Counted from the whole stretch's first letter, positions 34,450-45,661 are shown. The stretch is DNA of 63,674 nucleotides, filler included, from Nitrospinae bacterium RIFCSPLOWO2_12_FULL_45_22 (GCA_001803565.1; 5 parts of 5 records of this genome joined end to end with filler, not necessarily neighbours in it), one strand, 5' to 3'. The notes: a model not told the origin generated them from the letters alone. A program made the numbers and translations.

Positions 34450-35555
34450 CAGTTAATCTCCTGGTTAGAAAAGAATACCCGGGCACCGTGGGCCAGCCCA
34501 TAATTCCCTTCGGTTACTACCAACTCGCCTGCTTTTATACCAGCCAGTACCTCTATCTTACCATCTTGCTCATAACCGGTGCGGACTTCTATCCTATGGG
34601 CAATAGAGTTGTTCACTTTATAAGCCACCTTCTTGGCCCCTATCTCGGCAATGGCGGATTTGGGTACTAATATCACGTCCCTATGCTCGGCTACCTGAAT
34701 CTTTACCCGGGAGAACATACCGGCATTAAGTAACCTTTCTTCATTAGGGACTTCGATAGTTACTTTCAAGGTACGACTCTGGGGGTCTATTAGCGGTCGA
34801 ATCTGGATGATCTTGCCAGTAAAGGTCTTTGCCGGATAACTATCTATTACTACCAGGGACTCTTGCCCTAATTGAATCTCGGCCTTTTTTATCTCTGACA
34901 CCTCTACTTCGGCCTTTACCCGTGAGATATCCATTAGATGTAGCAAAGGTAGTCCCGGACTGATCTGCTCCGCCTCATTAGCGTATTTCTGGACAATGGT
35001 TCCAGCAAAAGGGGCCCTGATCCAGGTGTTATCCAACTGGGTTTGAGCCATCTTAAGCTGTGCCTGTGCCTCTTTTCGCTGGGCCAAAGAAATACTATAT
35101 TGGCTCTGCAAACGGTCATATTCTTGCTGCGAGATGACCTTTTGCTGAGATAATTGCTCTGCCCGCTGCCAGTCTCCTTTGGCATTATTTAATCTTGCCT
35201 CGGCCAATTCTAACTGGGCCCGGGCCTGGTCTAAGGCAATAGCCAGCTCGTTATCTTCCAATTGGATGAGCAGATCGCCTTTGCTGACCTCCGAGCCTTC
35301 TCCTACCAGTATCTTCTCTATCTTGCCCGGGATCTTAGAGCTGATCTTGGTCTCTGCCCAGGGAAAGAGGGTACCTATTGCCGGGATATAATAATTGATG
35401 TCTCCCTTTGTTGCCCGGCTTACTTTGACCGGGATAGCATACTCTCCTTCGGCCTTCTTATCATCCGGAGAGCTCTCTGAGACTATTCCACACCCTGCCA
35501 GAACGATCACCACCGCTACTAAAATACTTAGCTTATGCATGCCTGCTTGTTTCAT
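34449..35555 (-). CDS. RND periplasmic adaptor (membrane fusion protein), probable lipoprotein
   Basis: LAGC lipobox, ISSKIPGKI, IRAPFAG. Confidence 0.92.
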   Translation of the reverse strand: MKQAGMHKLSILVAVVIVLAGCGIVSESSPDDKKAEGEYAIPVKVSRATKGDINYYIPAIGTLFPWAETKISSKIPGKIEKILVGEGSEVSKGDLLIQLEDNELAIALDQARAQLELAEARLNNAKGDWQRAEQLSQQKVISQQEYDRLQSQYSISLAQRKEAQAQLKMAQTQLDNTWIRAPFAGTIVQKYANEAEQISPGLPLLHLMDISRVKAEVEVSEIKKAEIQLGQESLVVIDSYPAKTFTGKIIQIRPLIDPQSRTLKVTIEVPNEERLLNAGMFSRVKIQVAEHRDVILVPKSAIAEIGAKKVAYKVNNSIAHRIEVRTGYEQDGKIEVLAGIKAGELVVTEGNYGLAHGARVFFSNQEIN

Positions 35556-35666
35556 GGGATAAACACCACCTTTTTTTGTGAACCATTTATAAATAAATTG
35601 AACAAGGATTCATTTTAGTTTTACAAAGATTCTTTGGTTTGTCAAGGAGATTTTTCTTCCTTTACT

Positions 35667-35795
35667 ACCCGTTCAGCCACCAAGGCCCTAAGTCACCAGG
35701 GAACAAGCCGTGAAGAGTGAGGAGTGAGCAGTAAGGGGTTAACAACTCTCGGCTTACTCCTCACTCCTCACGGTTTAGGGGTCTTCGTGGCAGAG
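35667..35795. repeat. Intergenic palindromic repeat (family of 10668..10858)
   Basis: CCGTTCAGCCACCAAGGCCCTAAGTCACCAGG plus inner GTGAGGAGTGAG/CTTACTCCTCAC arms. Confidence 0.6.
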
Positions 35796-35871
35796 ATGGA
35801 TTGCTGGTTGACGTGGGCAGGGAAATAGGAATAAAATGGGTTTTTAATGTAGGGTGGGAAGGAGTTCTTCT

Positions 35872-38145
35872 ATGTCATATGTTGAGATTTTATTACCATT
35901 ACCTATAGATTATCCCTTTACCTATTCTATACCTAAAGGACTGGAAGCCAAAGTTCAATTAGGGAGTCGGGTACTGGTGCCGTTTGGGCGACGGCGATTA
36001 ACGGGTTGCATAGTAGGTTTTAGTCAGGAGAGCTCATTAGCCCAGATTAAGGAGATAATAGAGGTATTGGATGATACCCCTTCGGTGGATGCGAAATTAT
36101 TAGAGTTAACCCAGTGGGTAGCAGGGTATTATTTTGCCCCGTGGGGAGAGGTGATTAAGGCGGCTTTGCCAGGCCAAATGCTCCTTTCTGCTACCCAATA
36201 TTTGCATATTACCGAGGAAGGGCAGATGGCCCTCCAGCAAGGAGGTCTTACGGAGCCAGCAGGTACGATTTTGACCTTTATAGCTAGCCAGAAAAGGGTC
36301 AGGAAAGACCATTTAATTAAGGCCATCGGCCATAAAAAGACTGGCCTCCAAATAGACTTGCTCCAGGAAAAGGGCTGGATCGAAGCGGAATGGAAAACCA
36401 GGAAAACAGGGGTTAGAACCAAGCCCGATGGAATTTATCCCTCCCCCCTCCCCCTCACTCAAGGGGATGGGGTGATGGGGGGGGTGATAGGGCCTGAACT
36501 CGCCCAAGAAGAGTTGACGGCTGATCAGGAAAGGGCCTTAGCTGTTATTGTGGAGGCCATTGAGTGGGGGGAGTTCAAGGTATTTTTATTGCAAGGGGTA
36601 ACCGGTAGCGGCAAGACTGAATTATATCTTCAGGCAGTCGGATTAACTTTGGCAAGAGGTAAACAGGCCCTGATCCTGGTCCCTGAGATAGCCTTAACCC
36701 CCCGGCTAATGGAATTGTTCAGGGATCGCTTTGGAGACCGAGTAGGGGTCCTACATAGCGGTCTCCTACCAGGAGAGCGGATGGTGGAATGGCGAAGAAT
36801 AAGAGACAAGAAAGCAGATGTGGCTATAGGGGCCCGATCGGCCGTATTTGCCCCGTTTAATAATCTGGGTCTGATTGTAGTGGATGAAGAGCATGATAGT
36901 GCTTATAAACAAGAAGAAGGCCCACGGTATAATGCCCGGGATATAGCGGTCATGCGGGGTAAGCTAACCGGCTCGCTCGTGATCCTCGGCTCCGCTACCC
37001 CTTCGCTAGAGTCCTTCTTTAATGTCAGAAACAGGAAATTTCACCCCCTAATCCTTCCCCGCCGCATCCTGGATCGGCCCTTACCGACAGTAGAGATTGT
37101 AGACCTGAGGGAAGAGAAGCGGTACCTGAGAAGGCCAGTATTCTTTTCTGCCCGGCTAAAAGAGGCTATAGAACAGAGAATAGCACGGGGAGAACAGACC
37201 CTGCTATTCCTTAACCGGCGTGGTTTTGCCCCCTTCATCCAATGTACTGACTGTGGTTTTGTCTTTCAGTGTCTTAACTGTGATGTATCCCTCACTTACC
37301 ACCGCACCGAGGATCTTATGCGGTGCCACTATTGTGGCGAGCAGGTAAAAGTGACTGATGTTTGCCCCCAGTGTCATGGGATAAAGCTCTTACCCTTTGG
37401 CATAGGTACCCAGAGGTTGGAAGAAGAGCTCAGGAAGGTATTTTCTGGGGCACGGATTGCCCGCTTAGACCGGGACATTGCGCGGAAATGGCTGGAGACC
37501 AGGAAAGTCCTGGCGGGGTTGAGGGATGGGTCGCTAGATATCCTGGTCGGGACCCAACTTATTGCCAAGGGGCATGATTATCCAGGGATAACTCTGGTAG
37601 GGGTGATCTCGGCTGATATCTCTTTGAATATACCGGATTTCCGGGCTGCGGAAAGAACTTATCAACTACTTACCCAGGTAGCAGGCAGGGCCGGTAGAGG
37701 AACCCTCAAGGGAGAGGTAATTATTCAGACTTATAATCCACACCACTATGCCATCCAGTCGGCCAAAGGCCATGATTATCACGAGTTCTGTCGCCAGGAG
37801 CTGGAGTTCCGGCGGCGCCTCAACTATCCGCCTTTTAGCCGTATGATAGCGATAAGGATCGAGAGTCCTAACCAACAAAGATGCCAAGAGGCAGCAGCTC
37901 ATTTAGGAGAGTTAATCCAGCAGGTTAAATCTCCGTATAGCGATAAGGTAGAAATACTGGGGCCTTCCCGGGCCATGCGGGCAAAGATCCGGAACCGATA
38001 CCGGTGGCAGATATTGCTAAAGGCGCCCCGGATTAAAATCCTGGCGGGGATAATCAGAGAATCCCTAAAAAAGCCCTATTTATCTACTTGCAAAAGCTCC
38101 AATATTAGGATAAATATTGATGTAGACCCAGTTGATATGTTATGA
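35872..38145 (+). CDS. priA: Primosomal protein N'
   Basis: GVTGSGKTE, DEEH, four CxxC pairs, QVAGRAGR; ATG 35872 after AAGGAG. Confidence 0.95.
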   Translation: MSYVEILLPLPIDYPFTYSIPKGLEAKVQLGSRVLVPFGRRRLTGCIVGFSQESSLAQIKEIIEVLDDTPSVDAKLLELTQWVAGYYFAPWGEVIKAALPGQMLLSATQYLHITEEGQMALQQGGLTEPAGTILTFIASQKRVRKDHLIKAIGHKKTGLQIDLLQEKGWIEAEWKTRKTGVRTKPDGIYPSPLPLTQGDGVMGGVIGPELAQEELTADQERALAVIVEAIEWGEFKVFLLQGVTGSGKTELYLQAVGLTLARGKQALILVPEIALTPRLMELFRDRFGDRVGVLHSGLLPGERMVEWRRIRDKKADVAIGARSAVFAPFNNLGLIVVDEEHDSAYKQEEGPRYNARDIAVMRGKLTGSLVILGSATPSLESFFNVRNRKFHPLILPRRILDRPLPTVEIVDLREEKRYLRRPVFFSARLKEAIEQRIARGEQTLLFLNRRGFAPFIQCTDCGFVFQCLNCDVSLTYHRTEDLMRCHYCGEQVKVTDVCPQCHGIKLLPFGIGTQRLEEELRKVFSGARIARLDRDIARKWLETRKVLAGLRDGSLDILVGTQLIAKGHDYPGITLVGVISADISLNIPDFRAAERTYQLLTQVAGRAGRGTLKGEVIIQTYNPHHYAIQSAKGHDYHEFCRQELEFRRRLNYPPFSRMIAIRIESPNQQRCQEAAAHLGELIQQVKSPYSDKVEILGPSRAMRAKIRNRYRWQILLKAPRIKILAGIIRESLKKPYLSTCKSSNIRINIDVDPVDML

Positions 38146-38361
38146 AATAAGCGCTCAGCTATCAGTAGTCAGCTTTCAGTTAAAACAGCCTATAGCCCAT
38201 TGCCTATTGTCTTGCTGGGTATGGCTATTTTCTCTCAGAAATCCATTAAACCTGTAGTGGCAGAGCTTGCTCTGCCGAGGATGTCGAGCAAGCTCGACCA
38301 CTACATGAAATTTTGGGATACTTTATTTGGCTAAACTATTACAATATAGGGGAGAAGTTAG

Positions 38362-38456
38362 ATGCCGGTGTTAAATATAGTGACTTATCCTAATCCCATC
38401 CTGAGAAAAAAGGCTGCCCCACTAAAAACCATAGATGGCGAAATTCAAGCCCTGAT
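38362..38456 (+). CDS. def: Peptide deformylase, 5' fragment (contig end)
   Basis: MPVLNIVTYPNPILRKKAAPLKTIDGEIQAL; the usual priA-def order. Confidence 0.8.
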
Positions 38457-38556
38457 NNNNNNNNNNNNNNNNNNNNNNNNNNNNNNNNNNNNNNNNNNNN
38501 TTAATTAATTAANNNNNNNNNNNNNNNNNNNNNNNNNNNNNNNNNNNNNNNNNNNN
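38457..38556. other. Artificial contig spacer
   Basis: N-run with TTAATTAATTAA. Confidence 0.98.
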
Positions 38557-38557
38557 C

Positions 38558-39205
38558 CAGGAACTCTTTCTTATCCTAAGCGAAAATAGGCCCCTAAAAG
38601 TTATCCAGCGCATGTCTGATTTTGACCTCTTAAGGTCTATTTATCCTAAAATAACTTTTTCTCGAGAATTGCAAACCCTACTTGCCCAAGTAGAAGATTC
38701 TTTGAAGTGGTATCATAGTTTAACCCGGGGAGATAAGCTCGAGGAATGGTTCATATACCTCTTAGCCCTGGTGAATGACTTAAATGAAAGCGATATAGAA
38801 GCACTAAGGAAACGATTAGCGCTACCAATCAATCATGCCCGGAAGGCGCTGGAAGACAAGGAGCAAGCCGAGAGAACGCACCAGAGTTTAAGAACCAGGT
38901 CGGGTCTAAGACCTAGCCAACTAGTAGATGCCCTTAGTACACTTTCCCCGGAAGCCTTAGTATTCCTCAGGGCTAAAGCCCTTGATGATCTCATCAGGAA
39001 GCAGATCACTCTCTATCTAACCACATATAAAGAGATAAAACCACGGGTTACCGGCAAAGACTTGATTACTTTGGGCATAAAGCCCGGACCCCAGTTCCGT
39101 CACATATTGCATAAAATCCGGGAATTAAAGCTGGACGGCCTCTTAAACGGAAAAAGTGACGAGATTGAATATATAAAAGAGTGGCAAAATTTTTACCACG
39201 TATGA
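38558..39205 (+). CDS. C-terminal part of a tRNA nucleotidyltransferase/poly(A) polymerase-family protein
   Basis: Frame open from the contig start (QELFLILSE...); VTGKDLITLGIKPGP C-terminal motif. Confidence 0.75.
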   Translation, partial: QELFLILSENRPLKVIQRMSDFDLLRSIYPKITFSRELQTLLAQVEDSLKWYHSLTRGDKLEEWFIYLLALVNDLNESDIEALRKRLALPINHARKALEDKEQAERTHQSLRTRSGLRPSQLVDALSTLSPEALVFLRAKALDDLIRKQITLYLTTYKEIKPRVTGKDLITLGIKPGPQFRHILHKIRELKLDGLLNGKSDEIEYIKEWQNFYHV

Positions 39206-39376
39206 ACACAGATAGACACAGATGTAAAAGTATTCGTTTCAATGCAAAATGCAAAATTAGCAATTAGCATTTCAAAATCATTTCCCCCTATTGTTAATTG
39301 CTAATTTTTCATTGCTAATTTTGCAATGAAATAAAATGCTGTATTAATCAGTGTTCATCCGTGTTCATCCGTGGCA
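39196..39376. repeat. Palindromic intergenic repeat (related copy near 31270-31335)
   Basis: CCACGTATGAACACAGAT ... ATCAGTGTTCATCCGTGTTCATCCGTGG; inner GCAAAATTAGCAAT / ATTGCTAATTTTGC. Confidence 0.6.
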
Positions 39377-39394
39377 AATATTGGTTATATACAA

Positions 39395-40075
39395 ATGGAT
39401 TTTAGTCCCCTAATACAAAAGATATCTATTATAGCCCTACCAATAATAGTGGGTGTAATATTTCACGAAATAGCCCATGGATGGGTAGCTTACAAATTTG
39501 GCGACCCTACGGCCAAAGAACAGGGCCGCCTATCCATCAACCCTTTAGTACATATTGACCTGTTCGGTACCATTATCATGCCCCTGATCCTTATCTTCTC
39601 TCAAACTGGCATGATATTTGGCTACGCAAAACCTGTCCCGGTAAATTTCAGCAACCTGCGTGAGCCTAAAAAGAATATGGTATGGGTAGCCGCTGCGGGC
39701 CCAGTAACTAATATCCTCCTGGCCTTTTTGAGTGGTATAATCTTTCGCCTCATAGTGCTTATGAACCCTTATTATTTTTCCTGGAGTCCAGTATTATTCG
39801 ACCCCTTACTGTTAATGTTGAGATATAGTGTCCGCCTTAATTTGGTATTGGCTGTTATAAACCTGATCCCTATCCCACCAGTGGATGGGGGGAGGATCTT
39901 GACCGGACTACTGCCCTCTAGACAGGCCCTGGCGTATAGTAAGATCGAACCGTTTGGCCTATTAATCCTGGTGATGTTGATATTTTTTGATCCATTGGGG
40001 GTCTTTAGTGGGCTCGTATGGCCTATAATTAGCCTCCTAGATGCACTATTTTTGGGTTATAGATTTTCTGCCTGA
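39395..40075 (+). CDS. Site-2 protease (M50) family
   Basis: HEIAH, AAAGP, NLIPIPPVDG. Confidence 0.92.
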   Translation: MDFSPLIQKISIIALPIIVGVIFHEIAHGWVAYKFGDPTAKEQGRLSINPLVHIDLFGTIIMPLILIFSQTGMIFGYAKPVPVNFSNLREPKKNMVWVAAAGPVTNILLAFLSGIIFRLIVLMNPYYFSWSPVLFDPLLLMLRYSVRLNLVLAVINLIPIPPVDGGRILTGLLPSRQALAYSKIEPFGLLILVMLIFFDPLGVFSGLVWPIISLLDALFLGYRFSA

Positions 40076-42903
40076 TGGAGGATTTAATGGAGATCGAAGG
40101 TATTAAGGATTTTAAAGAAACTTTAAACCTCCCTAAGACTGACTTTCCTATGCGGGCTAATCTGCCTCAGAAAGAGCCGGAGATATTAGCAAAATGGGAA
40201 AAAGAGAGTATCTATTATCAACTCAGACAAATACTGGCCCAATGCCCTAAATATATCCTGCATGATGGGCCACCCTATGCCAATGGCCACATACATATGG
40301 GCCATGCCCTGAACAAGATACTGAAGGATATCATTGTCAAGGTGAAGGCTATGGAGGGGTATAATGCAGTCTATGTCCCGGGATGGGATTGCCACGGCCT
40401 GCCTATTGAACAACAGATAGGATTGCAATTAGAAGAAAAGAAAAGAGATATCCCGAAGAACGAGATCAGGCGCCTCTGCCGAGAATTTGCTGCGAAATAT
40501 ATAGATATTCAACGCGAGGAATTCAAACGCCTTGGTATTCTGGCCGATTGGGAGAGGCCTTATCTGACTATGAACTACAAATATCAGGCTGATATTATCC
40601 GTCAGTTAGGGATATTTATGGCCAAAGGGAATTTATATAAAGGACTGAAACCGGTCCATTGGTGCCCCTCCTGCCAGACCGCCTTAGCAGAAGCTGAGGT
40701 AGAATACGAGAGTCATAAGTCTCCCTCTATCTATGTCAGGTTCCCTTTGAAAGATGAATTGGGAGATAAATTCCCGGCCTTGAAGGGAAAACCAGTATCA
40801 GTGGTTATCTGGACTACTACCCCCTGGACCCTCCCGGCTAACCTGGCTATCGCTCTACATCCTGATTACGAATATGTAGCAGTAGAGTGGCAAGGAGAGG
40901 TCATGATAATAGCCAAAGAATTATTGGCCCCGGTAATGAATATTTTTGCTGCCCGGGATTATCAGATACTGGCTTCCTTCAAAGGATCTGTCCTGGAAGG
41001 ATTAAAGTGTCAACATCCCCTCTTTCCCCGGGAATCTTTACTTATAACGGGTGAGCACGTAACACTTGATCAAGGGACTGGCTGTGTCCATACGGCCCCA
41101 GGCCATGGGTTGGAAGATTACGAAATCGGCATTAGATATGGTCTCGAGGTATATGCCCCGGTGGATGAGCGGGGTTATTTTGTCGAATCATTACCGCAAT
41201 TTGGAGGTATGAAGGTCTTTGAAGCTAATGCTGCTATTAACCGGACCCTGCAGCAAAACGGTTATCTGGTACTAGAAGAAACCTTAATCCATTCTTATCC
41301 CCATTGCTGGCGCTGTAAAAACCCCATTATTTTCCGGGCAACACCTCAGTGGTTTATCTCTATGGAAAATAATGGATTACGTCAGGCGGCTCTAGAAGAG
41401 ATCGAAAAGGTACAATGGATACCCGCCTGGGGCCAGGCCCGCATCTATAGTATGGTAGAAAATCGGCCAGATTGGTGCATATCCCGGCAGAGGGCCTGGG
41501 GAGTCCCTATAACGGTAGTATACTGCCTGGCCTGTCAGCATGCCCTGGCATCAAAAGAATTAGCAGACTATGTAGCAGACCTGGTAGAAAAACATGGGGC
41601 AGATATCTGGTTTGAGAAGTCTACGGAAGAGCTATTGCCGCCTGGTACCAGTTGCCCCAGGTGTGGTGGCAAGGACTTTACCAAAGAGGATGATATCCTT
41701 GATGTCTGGTTTGATTCCGGGGCAAGCCATGCGGCGGTATTAACCCAGAGAGATGATCTGGTCTGGCCGGCAGATATGTACCTCGAAGGGAGCGACCAGC
41801 ATCGCGGTTGGTTCCAGAGCTCGCTGCTGATAGCGGTTGGGACCAGGGGTGCGGCCCCTTACCGGACAGTCCTTACCCATGGCTATGTGGTAGATGGTGA
41901 AGGGAAAAAGATGTCAAAATCGTTAGGCAATGTTATTGCCCCCCAGGATATTATAGAAAAATATGGCGCCGAGATCCTTAGACTATGGGTCTCTTCGGAA
42001 AATTATCGGGAAGATATCCGCATCTCGCCCCAGATACTGCAGCGGTTGGTGGAGGCCTATCGCCGCATAAGGAACACCTGCCGCTTCATCTTGGGCAACC
42101 TATACGACTTTGATCCACAGCTCCATCATATTCCCGATCAGCGACTCCCAGAACTGGATAGATTAATCCTGCATCGGTTGCAGAAGCTAATAGAAAAGGT
42201 GCGTAGATCTTATCAGGAGCATGAATACCACGTATTTTATCATGCCTTCCATAATTTCTGTACCGTGGACCTTAGTGCCTTTTATCTGGATACTATTAAG
42301 GATAGATTATATACCTTCAGGGCTGGCTCAGAAGAGCGGCGTGCCGCCCAGAATACCCTCTGGGAGATTATCCTGGCCCTGGTTAGTCTTATGGCCCCGG
42401 TACTTAGCTTCACAGCCGAAGAAGTATGGCAATACTTAGTCGGTAGGAGCCAACGAGAAACCAGCGTCCACCTTACCAGGCTCCCTCAGATAAATCCCGA
42501 GCTTGTTTATGAGGAACTGGCGAGCCGTTGGGAAAAAATCTTAGAGGTCCGGAGTGAAGTAACCAGGGCATTAGAGGTGGTTCGCAAAGAGAAAAAAATC
42601 GGTAACTCTTTAGAAGCCCGAGTTGATCTTTTTCTAACTACAGACTTATACCAGCTTATGGAAGATTATGCCTCAGAGCTGGCTACCATTTTTATTGTCT
42701 CAGATGCCCATATCCATCCAACCCCAGCCCCACCAGCTAATCCCAATCTCTTCACCAGCCAGGATATCCTGGGATTGTCTATCCTGGTCTCCCCAGCCCC
42801 GGGCCAGAAATGCGAACGCTGCTGGATATATAGTGAAACTGTAGGATTGAATAAAACATATCCCACTATTTGCCATCGCTGCGTGGGTTGCCTGGAAATT
42901 TAG
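40075..42903 (+). CDS. ileS: Isoleucine--tRNA ligase
   Basis: PPYANGHIHMGH, GWDCHGLP, KMSKS, C-terminal Zn finger. Confidence 0.97.
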   Translation: MEDLMEIEGIKDFKETLNLPKTDFPMRANLPQKEPEILAKWEKESIYYQLRQILAQCPKYILHDGPPYANGHIHMGHALNKILKDIIVKVKAMEGYNAVYVPGWDCHGLPIEQQIGLQLEEKKRDIPKNEIRRLCREFAAKYIDIQREEFKRLGILADWERPYLTMNYKYQADIIRQLGIFMAKGNLYKGLKPVHWCPSCQTALAEAEVEYESHKSPSIYVRFPLKDELGDKFPALKGKPVSVVIWTTTPWTLPANLAIALHPDYEYVAVEWQGEVMIIAKELLAPVMNIFAARDYQILASFKGSVLEGLKCQHPLFPRESLLITGEHVTLDQGTGCVHTAPGHGLEDYEIGIRYGLEVYAPVDERGYFVESLPQFGGMKVFEANAAINRTLQQNGYLVLEETLIHSYPHCWRCKNPIIFRATPQWFISMENNGLRQAALEEIEKVQWIPAWGQARIYSMVENRPDWCISRQRAWGVPITVVYCLACQHALASKELADYVADLVEKHGADIWFEKSTEELLPPGTSCPRCGGKDFTKEDDILDVWFDSGASHAAVLTQRDDLVWPADMYLEGSDQHRGWFQSSLLIAVGTRGAAPYRTVLTHGYVVDGEGKKMSKSLGNVIAPQDIIEKYGAEILRLWVSSENYREDIRISPQILQRLVEAYRRIRNTCRFILGNLYDFDPQLHHIPDQRLPELDRLILHRLQKLIEKVRRSYQEHEYHVFYHAFHNFCTVDLSAFYLDTIKDRLYTFRAGSEERRAAQNTLWEIILALVSLMAPVLSFTAEEVWQYLVGRSQRETSVHLTRLPQINPELVYEELASRWEKILEVRSEVTRALEVVRKEKKIGNSLEARVDLFLTTDLYQLMEDYASELATIFIVSDAHIHPTPAPPANPNLFTSQDILGLSILVSPAPGQKCERCWIYSETVGLNKTYPTICHRCVGCLEI

Positions 42904-42906
42904 ACG

Positions 42907-43383
42907 GTGAACCGGATAATTTTTCTAATCATTTCCTTAGCCATGATTCTATTATTGGATCAAGCCAGCAAGCTCTATATAGCAAAGAATATCCCCCTCT
43001 ATTACTCGATTGAAGTGGTGCCCAATCTCTTTAATATCACTCACATAAGGAATACCGGCGTAGCCTTTGGTCTGTTTGCGGGCGAGAAGACGATGCTAAC
43101 TACCCTTTTCTTTTTGACAATATCCGGGATAGCAATAGGGGTTATTAGCTATTTTTATTATATATCATCTTACAAAAACATTCTCACTCGGGTAGCCTTA
43201 GCCTTAGTACTGGGCGGTGCTATAGGAAATCTGATTGACCGGATACGGTTCCAGGAAGTAATTGATTTTATTGATCTTCACTGGTACCATTACCACTGGC
43301 CCGCCTTTAATATCGCTGATTCTTGCATTACTATTGGCCTTGGTCTCTTTATCCTGGAAACCCTGATAACAAAGAGGACTTAG
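42907..43383 (+). CDS. lspA: Lipoprotein signal peptidase
   Basis: NTGVAFG, GNLIDR, VIDFI, FNIAD. Confidence 0.96.
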   Translation: MNRIIFLIISLAMILLLDQASKLYIAKNIPLYYSIEVVPNLFNITHIRNTGVAFGLFAGEKTMLTTLFFLTISGIAIGVISYFYYISSYKNILTRVALALVLGGAIGNLIDRIRFQEVIDFIDLHWYHYHWPAFNIADSCITIGLGLFILETLITKRT

Positions 43384-43510
43384 AAATTCTAAATACTAAA
43401 TTCGAAATCCTAAACAAATTCCAAGGAGCAAAAGCCAAAATTCAAAACAGCTTTGGTCACTTGAACATTTGAATTTTGATATTGTTTAGAATTTAGGGTT
43501 TCGAATTTTG
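43384..43510. repeat. AT-rich palindromic intergenic repeat
   Basis: AAATTCGAAATCCTAAACAA ... TTGTTTAGAATTTAGGGTTTCGAATTT. Confidence 0.6.
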
Positions 43511-43524
43511 GCTTTGTTAATAAT

Positions 43525-44304
43525 ATGCACCCAATCTTATTTAAATTAGGCCCAATAACTATCTATACCTATGGGTTGTTTATTGCCCTGGCCTTTTTGG
43601 CTAGTATATATTTAGCGGCTCGTTCGGCAAAGAGAGAAGGGATTGACTCCCAGAAGATTATAGATCTATCCTTTTATCTTATGCTGGCTGCTATTATCGG
43701 CTCTCGCCTACTCTATGTCTTGCTAAATTTCAAATATTATTTATCTGCCCCTGGGGCTATATGGCAGATATGGGAAGGGGGTCTGGTCTTTTATGGTGGG
43801 TTGATAGCTGCGGCTGCTGTGAGTTTTATTTATATCAGAAAAAAAGGCCTTAATCTGTGGCAGATCACAGACATTTTTGCCCCCTCCCTTGCCCTGGGTC
43901 AGGCTATAGGACGCTGGGGGTGTTTTTTTGCTGGCTGCTGTTATGGCAAGCCCACTGATCTGCCATGGGCAATAACCTTCCATGATCCCGCCAGCCTTGC
44001 CCCTCTCGGCATACCTTTGCATCCCACCCAACTCTACTCTTCTCTAAAGGATTTAATTATTTTTGCCATCCTTATTCTACTGCAGAAACGGAAGAAGTTT
44101 CATGGGCAGTTATTCTGGGCTTATGTCTTATTTTATGCGGTACTCAGGTTCATAGTAGAATTTTTCCGGGGCGACCCCCGCGGTTTTCTCCCAGGTGAAT
44201 TACTATCTACTGCTCAGGTTATAGGAATAGCATTATTTCTCCTGGCAATAGTAATGCTCCGGAGGCTAAGATTCAAAGAACGGACCAATAATTCAATAGT
44301 ATAG
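43525..44304 (+). CDS. lgt: Prolipoprotein diacylglyceryl transferase
   Basis: GGLVFYGG, GQAIGRWG, HPTQLY, RFIVEFFR. Confidence 0.96.
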   Translation: MHPILFKLGPITIYTYGLFIALAFLASIYLAARSAKREGIDSQKIIDLSFYLMLAAIIGSRLLYVLLNFKYYLSAPGAIWQIWEGGLVFYGGLIAAAAVSFIYIRKKGLNLWQITDIFAPSLALGQAIGRWGCFFAGCCYGKPTDLPWAITFHDPASLAPLGIPLHPTQLYSSLKDLIIFAILILLQKRKKFHGQLFWAYVLFYAVLRFIVEFFRGDPRGFLPGELLSTAQVIGIALFLLAIVMLRRLRFKERTNNSIV

Positions 44305-44423
44305 GAATTTTCATTTTAATAATGCGGTTTTGGGGTAGTCGCAGGCTTTAGCCTGCGCTAATTTAAAGTAACCGTAACCGTTCACCGCAGAGCATGCCGA
44401 GAACCTTGTAGTTTTATTTTTGA

Positions 44424-45389
44424 GGATTCACAATTCCATACACGGCCATAGCCATAGAAAGAGAAAGCCATCCCGTAGTTATTCACACCCACAAGGCCAA
44501 TGAGATTGCCCGCTATCTTATAGAAAAAGGATCGGTACCGGGTCTTGAAGATGCAAAAGTACTCCAACAAGAGGTTACCAGAGGAATAAGTCGGTTTGAC
44601 TTTCTCCTGGAAAAGGACATGAGGGGAATTATTCTTGAAGTTAAATCATGTACCCTCTTTAGCAGGAGGGTAGCCATGTTTCCCGATGCCGTAACGGTCA
44701 GGGGAAGAAGGCATATAGACGAACTCTCAAGACTTTCTGGGAGCGGGATCGCTGGCGCAATTTTATTTCTAATACAGTGGCCGTTTTCAGAGTTCTTTAT
44801 GCCGGAGCATCATACAGACCTGGAATTTAGCAACACCCTTTGTAGAGCAAAGGAGAAAATAAAAATCTTTCCACTCTCCCTCTCTTGGAACAGAGACTTT
44901 TCTATAAACTTGTCCCAGGTAAGGATTCTGGATATACCCTGGAGTATCATTGAAAAAGAAGCTAAAGATAGGGGGAGTTACCTGCTTCTTCTCAGACTAC
45001 CAGAGGAAACCACAGCCGATGTAGGTTCACTGGGAAAGGTACATTTCAGGAGCGGTTACTATATCTATATAGGCTCAGCCAAAAAAAATCTCTCCAAGCG
45101 CATAGAGAGACACAAAAGGTTGAGAAAGAAACTTTTCTGGCACATTGACCATTTAAGAGAAATTGCTGATTTTCATGTCGCCCTGCCCATACGCACACAA
45201 GATGCCCTTGAGTGTGAAATTGCCGCAGCCATAAAGAAAGTTGCAGAGTGGGAAATAACCAGGTTTGGATCATCAGATTGTTCCTGTGATTCCCATCTTT
45301 TTGGAACTTTAAATGATCCACTTGCCTCGCCCCACTTTCACTCGATACTTCAATTCTACAGAATGGAAAGGCTCTTAAAGGATCTATAA
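44424..45389 (+). pseudogene. sfsA: 5'-truncated SfsA nuclease fused to a DUF123/GIY-YIG-like domain
   Basis: Frame open from about 44424 (…HTHKANEIA…SRFDFLL…EVKSCTL…FPDAVTVRGRRH) with no start and no SfsA N-terminus; C-terminal YIYIGSA, FWHIDHL, FGSSDCSCDSHL. Confidence 0.75.
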
Positions 45390-45399
45390 ATCTTCTATT

Positions 45400-45438
45400 C
45401 GGTGGCGGAACGCCATCCGCACGAGTAATTTGTTATGC
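45400..45438 (-). mobile_element. Partial attC-like site downstream of hicB
   Basis: GCATAAC-AAATT-ACTCGTGCGG-ATGGCG TTC CGCCA-CCG, 9 nt after the stop; distal arm missing. Confidence 0.5.
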
Positions 45439-45447
45439 AAGAAATAA

Positions 45448-45661
45448 TTATACGTATATCAGTTTGTTGCCTTTTGGTTCGGGGATTACATCGCCGAATT
45501 CCTTAGCTGTATCCATCCACAATTGAATCGCTTCCTTAGCATTTTTCAATGCCTCTTCCGGAGTACCGCCATGTGCCATACAGCCGGGAAGTTCAGGCAC
45601 TTCTGCTATAAATACCTCATCTTTCACTGCTCCAGTAAATTATAATCTCATATTTATACAT
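45448..45661 (-). pseudogene. hicB: HicB-family antitoxin with a 1-nt frameshift
   Basis: MYKYEIIIYWSSE / DEVFIAEVPELPGCMAHGGTPEEALKNAKEAIQLWMDTAKEFGDVIPEPKG; span 214 nt (extra A in GAAAGAT). Confidence 0.85.
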